From the IMG/VR virus record IMGVR_UViG_3300043449_002710, positions 124,001 through 188,000 of that record: DNA of 64,000 bases. One strand, 5' to 3'. Below the pieces are notes generated by a model that saw nothing but the letters and a program-made list of their open reading frames with translations, was not told the DNA's origin and ran no database searches. This document shows, piece after piece, positions 9,341 through 17,907 of the stretch; positions within the stretch are counted from its first letter, which is position 1, and each line of letters opens with the position of its first letter. The translations under genes were made by a program, and so were the position numbers.

Positions 9341-9878
9341 TTAAGGTTTATATAATAATAACCCGAGTCTAAGCTCGATCATTTGCAGGTTGCTTTCTGG
9401 AACGTAAACCCCATTTCTTCCTAACCAAATTTCAACGAAGTCATCACCAGAGTCTGTTTTGGCTACTTGTAGAGAAAATTGCAGGTTGTATGTTCCAGGG
9501 TACGCAAAAATAATATGCGATCCCGAAACAGAAACCCCATGAGCCTCGTCTGTTTGGTTATACGTGATCGTATTGATAGTGGAAGAATTTAACTGAGTAA
9601 CATTACTGAAAAAAGAACCGTAATATCCAAGCGCACCACCAGCCCCGGGCTCACCCATAGGTCCGGTAGGTCCGGTAGATCCAGTAAGTCCGGCAGGCCC
9701 ACTGGGTCACGTGGGTCCAACGACACCCATATCTCCGTCTTCGATGGCTTGCTTCAATGTTTTAGACAGACTGTTTGCTGTGACAAAAATCTTGTCGTCA
9801 TTGGTGGGAAGACGCGCTCAAACCTTGGAGAGTGAGTTCTGAGATGCTTTTGATATCTTCGTTCTGGATTTTGGACAT
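9341..9878 (-). pseudogene. Degraded collagen-containing fibre gene, paralog of 48466..48927
   Basis: MSKIQNEDIKSISEL, frameshift near 9805, then DDKIFVTANSLSKTLKQAIEDGD; in-frame TGA at 9707..9709 at a collagen Gly position; C-terminus looks truncated. Confidence 0.8.
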
Positions 9879-9915
9879 ACACTAAAAATAACAATGAAAA
9901 AGTTCCTGCTAGATG

Positions 9916-10533
9916 CTATTTAGTTTCGAGATCACTATCCCAGACGATCTTCACATTGGGTGCTTTGAGTAGGCCTGTGGGCGAAATGTAGGGCCGACCT
10001 AGACCAGCTAAATCCTCAAGATTCGCCCCGATTCGAAATTCAAAATCGGATTGATAGACCAATTCGGAGCAGTACAGCGCCTCTACTCCAAGTTGAAAAG
10101 CCGTGTCGTAAGTTGCGTTGTGGAAACTTAAGCACTTTTCAATGACCTTTTCTATGTAAGGCGGATCGAAAAAAATACACTCTAGAATCATCACTCGATC
10201 CGACTCCTTGCAGATGTCAAAGAAGTCCGACTTGGTGAAATTGGTGTGGGTCATTTCAGCCACTTCAAAAAAGTCCCCTTGAGATCTCAGTCCCACGCAA
10301 AGAGCGGCGTGGGTAAATTCGCCCCCGATCAAAACGGTGGTGAGCTTTCGCTTGTCTTTGGCGAGTAAAATATGCCCAGGCTTTAAAAATTTATATCCCG
10401 CATGATACTTCCACCCACGTAGACTTGTGTAATAAGTCGTGAAACGGATGTAAGGGATTACGTGTAACAGCAGCCATTTAAAAAATTTAGTGTTGGTAAA
10501 TCCCACGATCAATGGTTTTAAAAATTTCAGCAT
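9916..10533 (-). CDS. Permuted papain-like NlpC/P60 (YiiX/YebB-like) hydrolase
   Basis: LKPGHILL, FTHAAL (His) preceding LYCSELV (Cys). Confidence 0.75.
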   Translation of the reverse strand: MLKFLKPLIVGFTNTKFFKWLLLHVIPYIRFTTYYTSLRGWKYHAGYKFLKPGHILLAKDKRKLTTVLIGGEFTHAALCVGLRSQGDFFEVAEMTHTNFTKSDFFDICKESDRVMILECIFFDPPYIEKVIEKCLSFHNATYDTAFQLGVEALYCSELVYQSDFEFRIGANLEDLAGLGRPYISPTGLLKAPNVKIVWDSDLETK

Positions 10534-10631
10534 TGCCCACCCCTATTAAAAATAATAGCCGATCGGCATGACGCCTAGCTTCAATTTGGGATCTCGGGGG
10601 CAAGGGTATTTTTAATGTTGGAGTGCTATGG

Positions 10632-11126
10632 ATGGCAAAGGTCAAACGGAGCAAAAAAGGCAAAAAGATCTTAAAAACCAATATTCATGGGGACACCTGG
10701 ACGTATTCCGAAGTAACCCCACAAGAAATGGTCGGCATCTGTGGAGAAGAAGTTGAGGGGCTGACCAATTTGGATGAGCACCATATCTACATCAATGCGG
10801 ACTATCTTAATCAAGATGTCGTGATCCACGAATTGGTTCACGCTTACAAGAGCTATCTCTGTTTGGAGACAACCAACTTGACCGGAGAACAGCTCGAAGA
10901 GATCTATTGCGAGTTCTTCAGCAAGAACTGGCACAAGATTATCACTAAAAGTGCTCAGATCCTTTTGGATCTGCGCGACATCACTGAGTCCTCCGATGAG
11001 TTTTTAAATCTGGTGGAGTCTTTCATCCTCCTAAAAGCCTACGAGGGAAAGGGGAAAAAAACATTCACCCAAGAAGATCTTCAAGCAGCTAAACTTTTAC
11101 TGCGGGCTTTTTTAGAGACAACTTAA
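10632..11126 (+). CDS. HExxH zinc-metallopeptidase-like protein
   Basis: GLT...HIYIN...VVIHELVHAY...EE. Confidence 0.65.
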   Translation: MAKVKRSKKGKKILKTNIHGDTWTYSEVTPQEMVGICGEEVEGLTNLDEHHIYINADYLNQDVVIHELVHAYKSYLCLETTNLTGEQLEEIYCEFFSKNWHKIITKSAQILLDLRDITESSDEFLNLVESFILLKAYEGKGKKTFTQEDLQAAKLLLRAFLETT

Positions 11127-11893
11127 CCCCGTAAAACGGACATCACCGTGGGGTAGGAAGTGATCGCTTTCTTTCTTCTTTTGTAAGGTTTCAAGGAGCG
11201 AATCGTTGAAATCAGCTCCGAAACATTAGGAACGCTGTCAGAAACATTGGGAATGCTAATTATGTTTAAAAGTTTTGGACCATTATGCTTCGGCCTGACC
11301 CAGAGATCCAATTTCTTTTGGTCATCATATTTGATGCCAACTTGATGACCGCAGTCTAAATCAATGAAAAAAGTGGGCGTGGACCATCCGTCTCTTGTGC
11401 CTGCTTCGTGAATTTTGACAATTTTAATACCAGCGTTTTCTAATTCTTGAACTAGCTTTTTCCCCTCGCGATTGATGCCCGCAAAATCATAGGGTGGCGC
11501 AGGTGGCGCAGGTGGCTTCTTGGGTTTACCGTTGAGTTCATCCCTTTGGTCTTGATCATAGAAGTAGCCTTGGGTTTCATCGTGTTTGCTGAATTCTAGA
11601 TCTTTGTATTTTTCGTTTTTATAATATTTCTTTTTCACCCATTTTTGAGACGAGTAAACAGACTTAAAACTTGAATCTAGATTCAATTTTTTAAAAACAT
11701 CTTCGGTGGCCTTCAATAAATTGACTTCGCCTTGGGGTGTCACTACCCTACCATAACCGTTATAGATGCCTTCAATCACTGTATCGTCTGGTAAAACGGA
11801 CACGATATGAGATTGCTCTTTGGGAAGTTTCGCCCACGGGTAAACCGGGATGCTTTCGCCAGATTTTGCGCAGAGATTAGAAAAAAAGCCCAC
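11123..11893 (-). CDS. Hypothetical protein with C-terminal YP tag
   Basis: Ends YPTVMSVLRG*; SD GAGGG. Confidence 0.7.
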   Translation of the reverse strand: MGFFSNLCAKSGESIPVYPWAKLPKEQSHIVSVLPDDTVIEGIYNGYGRVVTPQGEVNLLKATEDVFKKLNLDSSFKSVYSSQKWVKKKYYKNEKYKDLEFSKHDETQGYFYDQDQRDELNGKPKKPPAPPAPPYDFAGINREGKKLVQELENAGIKIVKIHEAGTRDGWSTPTFFIDLDCGHQVGIKYDDQKKLDLWVRPKHNGPKLLNIISIPNVSDSVPNVSELISTIRSLKPYKRRKKAITSYPTVMSVLRG

Positions 11894-11908
11894 GTGGATA
11901 CCCTCTTC

Positions 11909-12202
11909 TTAAAGATGTTGAATTCTTTCTTTGACCCTAGGTTTATTTAACAGACTAACCGAGTTGGGAAATAACAACATCAGTTTCCTAATATCTTCCC
12001 CTTTAATCTTCAGTTGCATGGCTGGTTTGTTGAGTTCTTTAGTCAGAGCTTCGATAAAATCGAGCAAACTAAAATGCCCTTCTCTAGAGAGCGCGTTTTG
12101 AAAACGAGAATAAAGATCCGGGGTTGTGATCTTATGCTGCTCGACCGCTTCAATCAGAGTGGAAATCAGATTTACCAAACGCTGCAAGGTTTTTAATTCC
12201 AT
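11909..12202 (-). CDS. Hypothetical protein
   Basis: GTTTATTTT motif just upstream of ATG. Confidence 0.6.
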   Translation of the reverse strand: MELKTLQRLVNLISTLIEAVEQHKITTPDLYSRFQNALSREGHFSLLDFIEALTKELNKPAMQLKIKGEDIRKLMLLFPNSVSLLNKPRVKERIQHL

Positions 12203-12562
12203 GTCTTAGAAAATAAACTAAAAAATACCGGATTGATTTTTGTTCGAGTGAGTTATATAAAGCGCTTATCCAAACAGCTTCTTGATCATCTTGACTGTGA
12301 CGTTGTTGACATACTCTCCCCCTGGGATTCTCCTCCCAGGGGGTGCATAAATCATTTCCAATACAATTCTGCTTGGTGACATGAAAGATGTGGAGCGCGG
12401 AAGTTTGATTCTGGCATTGATGAAATTCCTTTATCCTACTCTGAAATCCGTGGACCATACTGGTTCCGTTTCACAAGTCCAGGTTCAACTAACACACAAA
12501 GAGATTGAAGAGATTTAAATGAAATTTGAAGCCCGCACCGCGCTGGAGGGGAAGGCAAGCGA

Positions 12563-12877
12563 ATGAATAAGCGGCGACAGATGGCGGAAAATTCTGCACC
12601 AAACCACGCGGGCACGAAAGCATACCGCGTTCAGTGGATAAAAGCCTTTGAGGCTGGATGGGAGGCAGCGTTGAACGAGCTAGAATCAGAAAACGCCCGC
12701 CTGAAAGAGGCTCTGGCTTGGTACGGCCAAGAGTGGCTATACGACATAAAGGAATTTGTGTGTGCAGCCACTCTCAGCATTGCTGGAGAACTTCCTAAAC
12801 AGGAAACAATCCAGGGGAACCCCATTCAGCACGATAGAGGGAAGCGTGCCCGCGCCGCGCTGGAGGGTGGGGAGTGA
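12563..12877 (+). CDS. Small phage protein with ENARL/ARAALEG cassette motifs
   Basis: AFEAGW, ENARLKEAL, ARAALEG. Confidence 0.6.
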   Translation: MNKRRQMAENSAPNHAGTKAYRVQWIKAFEAGWEAALNELESENARLKEALAWYGQEWLYDIKEFVCAATLSIAGELPKQETIQGNPIQHDRGKRARAALEGGE

Positions 12878-13239
12878 GCTTGTTTAGATGGACCATTATT
12901 CCAAAAAAGGAACTAGAGCGACTAAGGCATTTTGAAGCTAAAGCGGCTAGGTTCTGGGAGGTTCACAGATGGTTTTCTGGCTGGAAAGACTTGAACATCA
13001 TCTGGGAATACATTTTTAACGATACATACTTTGGAGGAATTGAAGAGGCGCGTAAAAAATACGCCGAAGCGAGAGATACCGACGTTTACAACTCCCCGAC
13101 TAAAGGCGACATGGGTTCACTATCTAAAGAAAACGCTCGACTTCGGGAGGCGTTGGAAAAGATCTCCAACCTATCGCTCTATCAAGACGAACTCAATGAG
13201 GCAGTGGTCATAGCCCGAGCTGCGCTGGAGGGGAAATGA
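12874..13239 (+). CDS. Small phage protein with ENARL/ARAALEG cassette motifs
   Basis: ENARLREALEKI..ARAALEGK; start/stop overlaps with both neighbours. Confidence 0.6.
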   Translation: MSLFRWTIIPKKELERLRHFEAKAARFWEVHRWFSGWKDLNIIWEYIFNDTYFGGIEEARKKYAEARDTDVYNSPTKGDMGSLSKENARLREALEKISNLSLYQDELNEAVVIARAALEGK

Positions 13240-13448
13240 CATTTCAAGAAGAAATTGAATTTTTAACAGACAAAATAAACTTGTTGGCAAAAAGCTACAT
13301 GGACATTTCATTGGCTTACTATAAAGCGATTGAGCATTTGACAGTCATTAAAAAGCATCATTGTGAATGTTGCGAACTAAACAAAGGTGGAGATTGTAAT
13401 TGTAAATCAGCATTAGCCAAAGACGCGCTCAATGATCTTGACAACTAG
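13236..13448 (+). CDS. Small Cys-rich hypothetical protein
   Basis: Translationally coupled ORF. Confidence 0.5.
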   Translation: MTFQEEIEFLTDKINLLAKSYMDISLAYYKAIEHLTVIKKHHCECCELNKGGDCNCKSALAKDALNDLDN

Positions 13449-13605
13449 AAATTACAAAACGCATTGCAAACGAGGTCACGAATACAACCAAAATAATACT
13501 CGGTATCATTCAAAAACAGGTGGGAGAATTTGTAAAAGATGCAACGCAATCCGAGCGGCTGAATATCGTGCTAGACGCAGAAAAAATTCCCGCAGCCTTA
13601 AATGA
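13432..13605 (+). CDS. Small zinc-finger protein (type found at HNH endonuclease C-termini)
   Basis: Manual translation MILTTRNYKTHCKRGHEY..NTRY....GRICKRC. Confidence 0.55.
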   Translation: MILTTRNYKTHCKRGHEYNQNNTRYHSKTGGRICKRCNAIRAAEYRARRRKNSRSLK

Positions 13606-13779
13606 ACTGGACCGCATTGCTCGCGGTTTGGATCTTCTTCATTCCAAATGAAACCGCATTCGGCACAAATTGAAATCGGGGCCGCGCTTCTTTATGACCA
13701 TTGTCGAGATATCATGGCGGTATGTGGTCGAAATTTTGGCAAGTCTGAATTGATGGCTTACCTTTTTAAAGCGCAATAA
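13568..13779 (+). pseudogene. Truncated, frameshifted fragment of a foreign large terminase
   Basis: KPHSAQIEIG...IMAVCGRNFGKSELMAY (PHxxQ plus Walker A), stop soon after. Confidence 0.65.
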
Positions 13780-13818
13780 AAAAACCCCCGAAGGATTACT
13801 CCCTCGGGGGTTTTTTAT
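13776..13818. terminator. Bidirectional Rho-independent terminator
   Basis: AATAAAAAAACCCCCGA...TCGGGGGTTTTTTATT between convergent genes. Confidence 0.9.
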
Positions 13819-13836
13819 TCTAGCCTGAAAGGATAA

Positions 13837-14574
13837 TTATCCGATCAGCATCGAGACGCGAAGCATTGCGCCCTGCAGGGAGCCAGAGAGGTCAGGCAAA
13901 GCCAAGACCTTGGCCTGAGGAAGCTCAACGCCTGCGCCACCGATTGTGATGATGCCGTTGTCACCCAAGGTGAGAGCAGCGCCAGTCGAATAGTCCTTCG
14001 AAGGATCGAACTGGTCGGTTGCGATTTCCACATAACCCTTGGCAACGCCGACCAAAGCGAAGTTACCAACGAGGTCGCGGTTGTTCAGAGCGCGTTCGTG
14101 GAAACGCTGACGAGCCTGCTGAACGGTCAGGTTATAGCGATAGAGGAAGTGAACAACCTTGCCAGCATCGCCAGCAGCGAACTTGATCCGGCCACCGACG
14201 AGGTCAACTTTCACGGTGCCTGTAGCAGGTGTAGCCGAGAAAGCGGTTTCGTCGATAGTGAGGTCAGAGCCGCCGACCACCATAGCGCGGTCTGCACCGG
14301 CCACGAGGTTAGCATTGCGGAGGTTGAACACGAGGCTGCCTGTGGCAGGAACTGTGAAAGCTTCGTTAGCCACGGCTGTAGCCGGGAGCATGTACGGGAG
14401 AAGAGCAACGCCAGCGATCTTCTCGGAACCGTCCACAGTAGCTTTCACGCTGACCTTCGAGACGCCGTTTTCAATGGCTTCAACGAGGATCACGCCTTCG
14501 TTTGCGATTTCAGCGCCAGCAGCAACCGGACGCTCAACTTGTTCCTGAATTTTGATCTGTTTACGATCGATCAT
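13837..14574 (-). CDS. Virion structural protein (head decoration/minor capsid-like)
   Basis: Follows scaffold-like gene, SD AAGGAG, biased codons, beta-rich. Confidence 0.55.
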   Translation of the reverse strand: MIDRKQIKIQEQVERPVAAGAEIANEGVILVEAIENGVSKVSVKATVDGSEKIAGVALLPYMLPATAVANEAFTVPATGSLVFNLRNANLVAGADRAMVVGGSDLTIDETAFSATPATGTVKVDLVGGRIKFAAGDAGKVVHFLYRYNLTVQQARQRFHERALNNRDLVGNFALVGVAKGYVEIATDQFDPSKDYSTGAALTLGDNGIITIGGAGVELPQAKVLALPDLSGSLQGAMLRVSMLIG

Positions 14575-14630
14575 GTTAGTCTCCTTAAGTTATTTAATTA
14601 CCAAAACCCTACATCGGATTTGGGTGGTTA

Positions 14631-16703
14631 TTATCGTCTGGTGGACTTCAAGCCCATCTGCGAGCGGATAACTTCACGATTCTCTCCGCTCACGCTTCCA
14701 CCCATCGCAATGGCGCTGACCGAACTCTTCACGAGGCGGTCAACGAGGCTTTCTTCTTGCTCAGGTTCGCTGCCTTGGACATCAATCTTGCCCGAAGCAG
14801 AGATGGTCTTTTCGAGGGATTCCCGAGCTTCTTTCGGCATGTCCATCATTTCGACGGCTTTATCCATGACGAAGTTGAAGTATTCAGGGGCCGATTCGAA
14901 ACCTGCTTCAATAGCCCAAACAGCGTGCTGCTCGGTCAGACCAGCTTGCACTAAGGCATTGAACAGACCGCCTTTGAGAGCGTGGCGACCTTCTTCCTGA
15001 TAAAAGTTCTTGTCTGCAGCAGCCATCACGGTGCCCACAGCGCGGAGGAAGTCCGAACGGAGTGTGCCGATCTTTTCTTCCATCTCAGCCTTAGCTTCGA
15101 GCTTGGCCTTTTCGCGGATACGAGCAGTGATAGCAGACTCGTCAATCTGGTGCGCGAAGAACTTGGCCTGAACCATCGGCAAGATTTTCTTAGCGCCCAT
15201 TTCACCGATCAGCTTGCCTAAGTTGTCAGCGTAAGCTTCGGTGGTGAAGCTAGCGCGGATCGAGGCTGCGTCATTCTGGTCAGCAAGATGAATGCGAGCG
15301 ACCGGCTCACCATCGATCATCACGTTCCAGAACGGATTTTCGGAGTCTTCGCCGTAGAGGCTCATCTCGACTTTTTCGCCTTTGAGAGCTTCCATGGAAG
15401 CCAAGAATTCCGTCTTCATGCTGAGAGCTTCTTCTTCAGCGGGGATTTCTTCAGCGGCTTCAGCAGGTGCATCACACATTTCTTCAGCGCCTTCGGCTTT
15501 TTTCTCTTCGTGCTCTTCGCCTTCTTCAGCGATCTCAAAGCTCACAGGTTCTTCGACGAGAATCTCAGGAGCCACGAATTCGAGTTCCTTTTTGGCTTCT
15601 TCAGCAGCTTCCATGTCTTCGGAGGCCAGAGCCTTGAGTTCAGCGCGAACCTGAGCGCGGACAGATTTAGAGTGAAGAGTCTTTTCAACTTCAGCGCAGA
15701 TCTTAGCAAGTTTAGGATGCTTCTTCACTTCGGCAAACTTGTCGGCATCGACAGTGGCCATGACGCGAAGTTCGCGCTTGAGAGCCATCAGAGTCTTGGC
15801 ATCGAAAGCTTCAGCTTTGGCTTCCATTTTAGCTTTGGCTTCAGCTTTGGCTTTCACAGCTTTACGAGCTTTGTATTTAGCGAAAGCGGCCTGGAGTTTT
15901 TCTTTCTTCTCAGCCTTGGCTTTTTCTTCTTTTTCGGCTTCGGCTTTAGCTTTTTCAGCCTTCTCAGCTTCTTCTTTTTTAGCAGCTTCGTCAGCTTCAG
16001 CTTTCACAGGAGCTTTAGCCAATTCGTCCATCGGCTTGATCTCTTGAACCTTGACTTCAGGTTCCATCATCTGAGCTTTTTCAGCTTTTTCATGGGTGTG
16101 AGTCTGAGCTGGTGTTTCAGCCTTCATCGCTTCTTTAGCGATATCCTTGGCGTCAGATCCGACTTTCAGAGGTTCTTTAGCTTTTTCTTCAGCAGCTTTA
16201 ACGTTGGTGGACATTTGTTTCTCCTGTAGTTTCGAGTAAACTGATTTTACTTTTTCGATCGCCCCGTCCATTGCCGAAGCACAGTGCGGACAGTGTACCT
16301 TTTCCGATTCAAGCGCCGAAGCCACTGAGATACAAAGTTCTGAGCGGCAATGCGGGCACTTATACAGCTCACTTGCTTCTTCCAACTGAGCGAGGAGGGC
16401 TTGACGCTCTTCCTCAGTCAGTTCGGCTGTCAACTGCATGGGAGAGCCATCCACCATGCTGAACATTTTTGATGCTTTAATTCCGATCTGAGTGAACCCG
16501 CTGGTATCTTGGTAGGCTCCATAAGAACCACCAAAATCGGGCGGCGGTCCAACGTAGGCATACCCACCCACGCCGTTGGCGTAATTGCCAGGACCAATCG
16601 GGTTTAATTGAACAGGTTTCTGGATCAAAGGATTGTAAGTAGAACTACGACCCTCAACCTGAATCTTTTCTTTGATTTTAGACATCAACTCTTCACGGTT
16701 CAT
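14631..16703 (-). CDS. Prohead core/scaffold-like protein
   Basis: Very A/E/K-rich coiled coil, two CPHC knuckles, many hydrophobic-x-A/S motifs. Confidence 0.6.
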   Translation of the reverse strand: MNREELMSKIKEKIQVEGRSSTYNPLIQKPVQLNPIGPGNYANGVGGYAYVGPPPDFGGSYGAYQDTSGFTQIGIKASKMFSMVDGSPMQLTAELTEEERQALLAQLEEASELYKCPHCRSELCISVASALESEKVHCPHCASAMDGAIEKVKSVYSKLQEKQMSTNVKAAEEKAKEPLKVGSDAKDIAKEAMKAETPAQTHTHEKAEKAQMMEPEVKVQEIKPMDELAKAPVKAEADEAAKKEEAEKAEKAKAEAEKEEKAKAEKKEKLQAAFAKYKARKAVKAKAEAKAKMEAKAEAFDAKTLMALKRELRVMATVDADKFAEVKKHPKLAKICAEVEKTLHSKSVRAQVRAELKALASEDMEAAEEAKKELEFVAPEILVEEPVSFEIAEEGEEHEEKKAEGAEEMCDAPAEAAEEIPAEEEALSMKTEFLASMEALKGEKVEMSLYGEDSENPFWNVMIDGEPVARIHLADQNDAASIRASFTTEAYADNLGKLIGEMGAKKILPMVQAKFFAHQIDESAITARIREKAKLEAKAEMEEKIGTLRSDFLRAVGTVMAAADKNFYQEEGRHALKGGLFNALVQAGLTEQHAVWAIEAGFESAPEYFNFVMDKAVEMMDMPKEARESLEKTISASGKIDVQGSEPEQEESLVDRLVKSSVSAIAMGGSVSGENREVIRSQMGLKSTRR

Positions 16704-16931
16704 CTTACCTTAGAGTTAATACCAGTTTATGTCGGTTCTTAATTTTTTGCGGATGGTCGGTTTGGGGGTAGGGCTGCTTCAGTGGGAAGCAGCCCCTCGG
16801 CATCGCCTACTATGAAGAGTGGACAATCTGACAATGCCGAGGGGGGAACTTAACAAGTCTTTTTTTGAACTTGAATAGGGCACTCTTGCCGATCGTTCTT
16901 TTTTTGTGGTCGTTCGTTACAAAAAAACAGA

Positions 16932-17096
16932 CTATTTCACATCGTTATAGACGAAAACCAAAACAAAGAAAGCCACCAAGAGAGAAACCCCCAGAGAGAA
17001 GAAAATATAGGCAATCGCTCCGGCCATTAAACCGACAACGCCAGCAATCTTTAGGTTAAAAAGAAACACTTCCATCTTATTGTTTTCATTTTCCAT
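16932..17096 (-). CDS. Small membrane protein
   Basis: Two hydrophobic segments after MENENNKMEVFLF; SD GAGG. Confidence 0.5.
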   Translation of the reverse strand: MENENNKMEVFLFNLKIAGVVGLMAGAIAYIFFSLGVSLLVAFFVLVFVYNDVK

Positions 17097-17907
17097 GGAT
17101 GATCCTCGTTTTAGTGACCAAAGGTTTGTCCTCTGGACCTTTGACGTGCTCGACGTGCCAAGTTCTGCCTTGTTCACAGTAATTGCCATCACGGTCTTTG
17201 CCGATCCGGCTGGTATCGAGAATCGTTTTTTCTTTATCGAGCCAAAAGTGGTGCCAAGCACCCCGGACCCACCACCTGTGACCCCACTCGATGATCTTTC
17301 CGGTTTCGCTGTTGTGTTCGGTCACCTGACTCTTTGGTCTGACATGGATCACTTTTCTAATCGTGATGAATCGTTTTGACTTGCCCGAGCCCACCTTGAT
17401 CTTTTCTCGGACATTCTCTGTCCCAAAGCGATCGGTGTTGGAGTTCATTCGATCCACAAGTGATTTCACCACGCCATCCAAATTGGTGATTAAGATGACC
17501 CCGTCTGATTCCTGAAGCCCTCGCTTTACTTTCGTCAGAGCAAAATAAAACCAACCTTGCTTGGGTTGTTCAAAAGCCAAGATGCAATCGATATCGACCG
17601 CAATCGGATCGTCAGGTCGGGAAACCGTCACGTATGTTTGACCGGGAAACTCAGCACTCCAGACCTTGAAAGGCGCGTCGTATTTCTCCTCGCTCATCAC
17701 TTCTGGCAATTCCTGCGGCCCGGTCTGCTTGGAAGGGGCGAACACGAAAGGCTGAGCGTGCTCAACCATGTGATAAAAGAACTCGGGGTCGTAGTTCTTG
17801 TTCTCTATCGGCGAATAGATGTACCCGGTTTTTTTGACGACCTCGATCATCTTTAAAAGCTTACGCATTCTTTTTCTCCGCCTTCCCAGAAGCAGACTTT
17901 TTGACAA
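17086..17907 (-). CDS. Phage hypothetical protein
   Basis: HRWWVRGAWHHFW...HVKGP motif; start probably MRKLLK. Confidence 0.6.
   Translation of the reverse strand: MSKSLLLGRRRKRMRKLLKMIEVVKKTGYIYSPIENKNYDPEFFYHMVEHAQPFVFAPSKQTGPQELPEVMSEEKYDAPFKVWSAEFPGQTYVTVSRPDDPIAVDIDCILAFEQPKQGWFYFALTKVKRGLQESDGVILITNLDGVVKSLVDRMNSNTDRFGTENVREKIKVGSGKSKRFITIRKVIHVRPKSQVTEHNSETGKIIEWGHRWWVRGAWHHFWLDKEKTILDTSRIGKDRDGNYCEQGRTWHVEHVKGPEDKPLVTKTRIIHGK

Noticed and set aside
9707-9709. TGA at a Gly position suggesting UGA=Gly recoding
   Set aside because: Long genes are intact in the standard code, many end in TGA with coupled ATGA overlaps, and this gene has other lesions.
14098-16229. Long antisense ORFs (14098..15000, 15288..16229; similarly 35985..36845)
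   Set aside because: Shadows of strongly codon-biased minus-strand genes, with implausible Phe/Ser-rich products.
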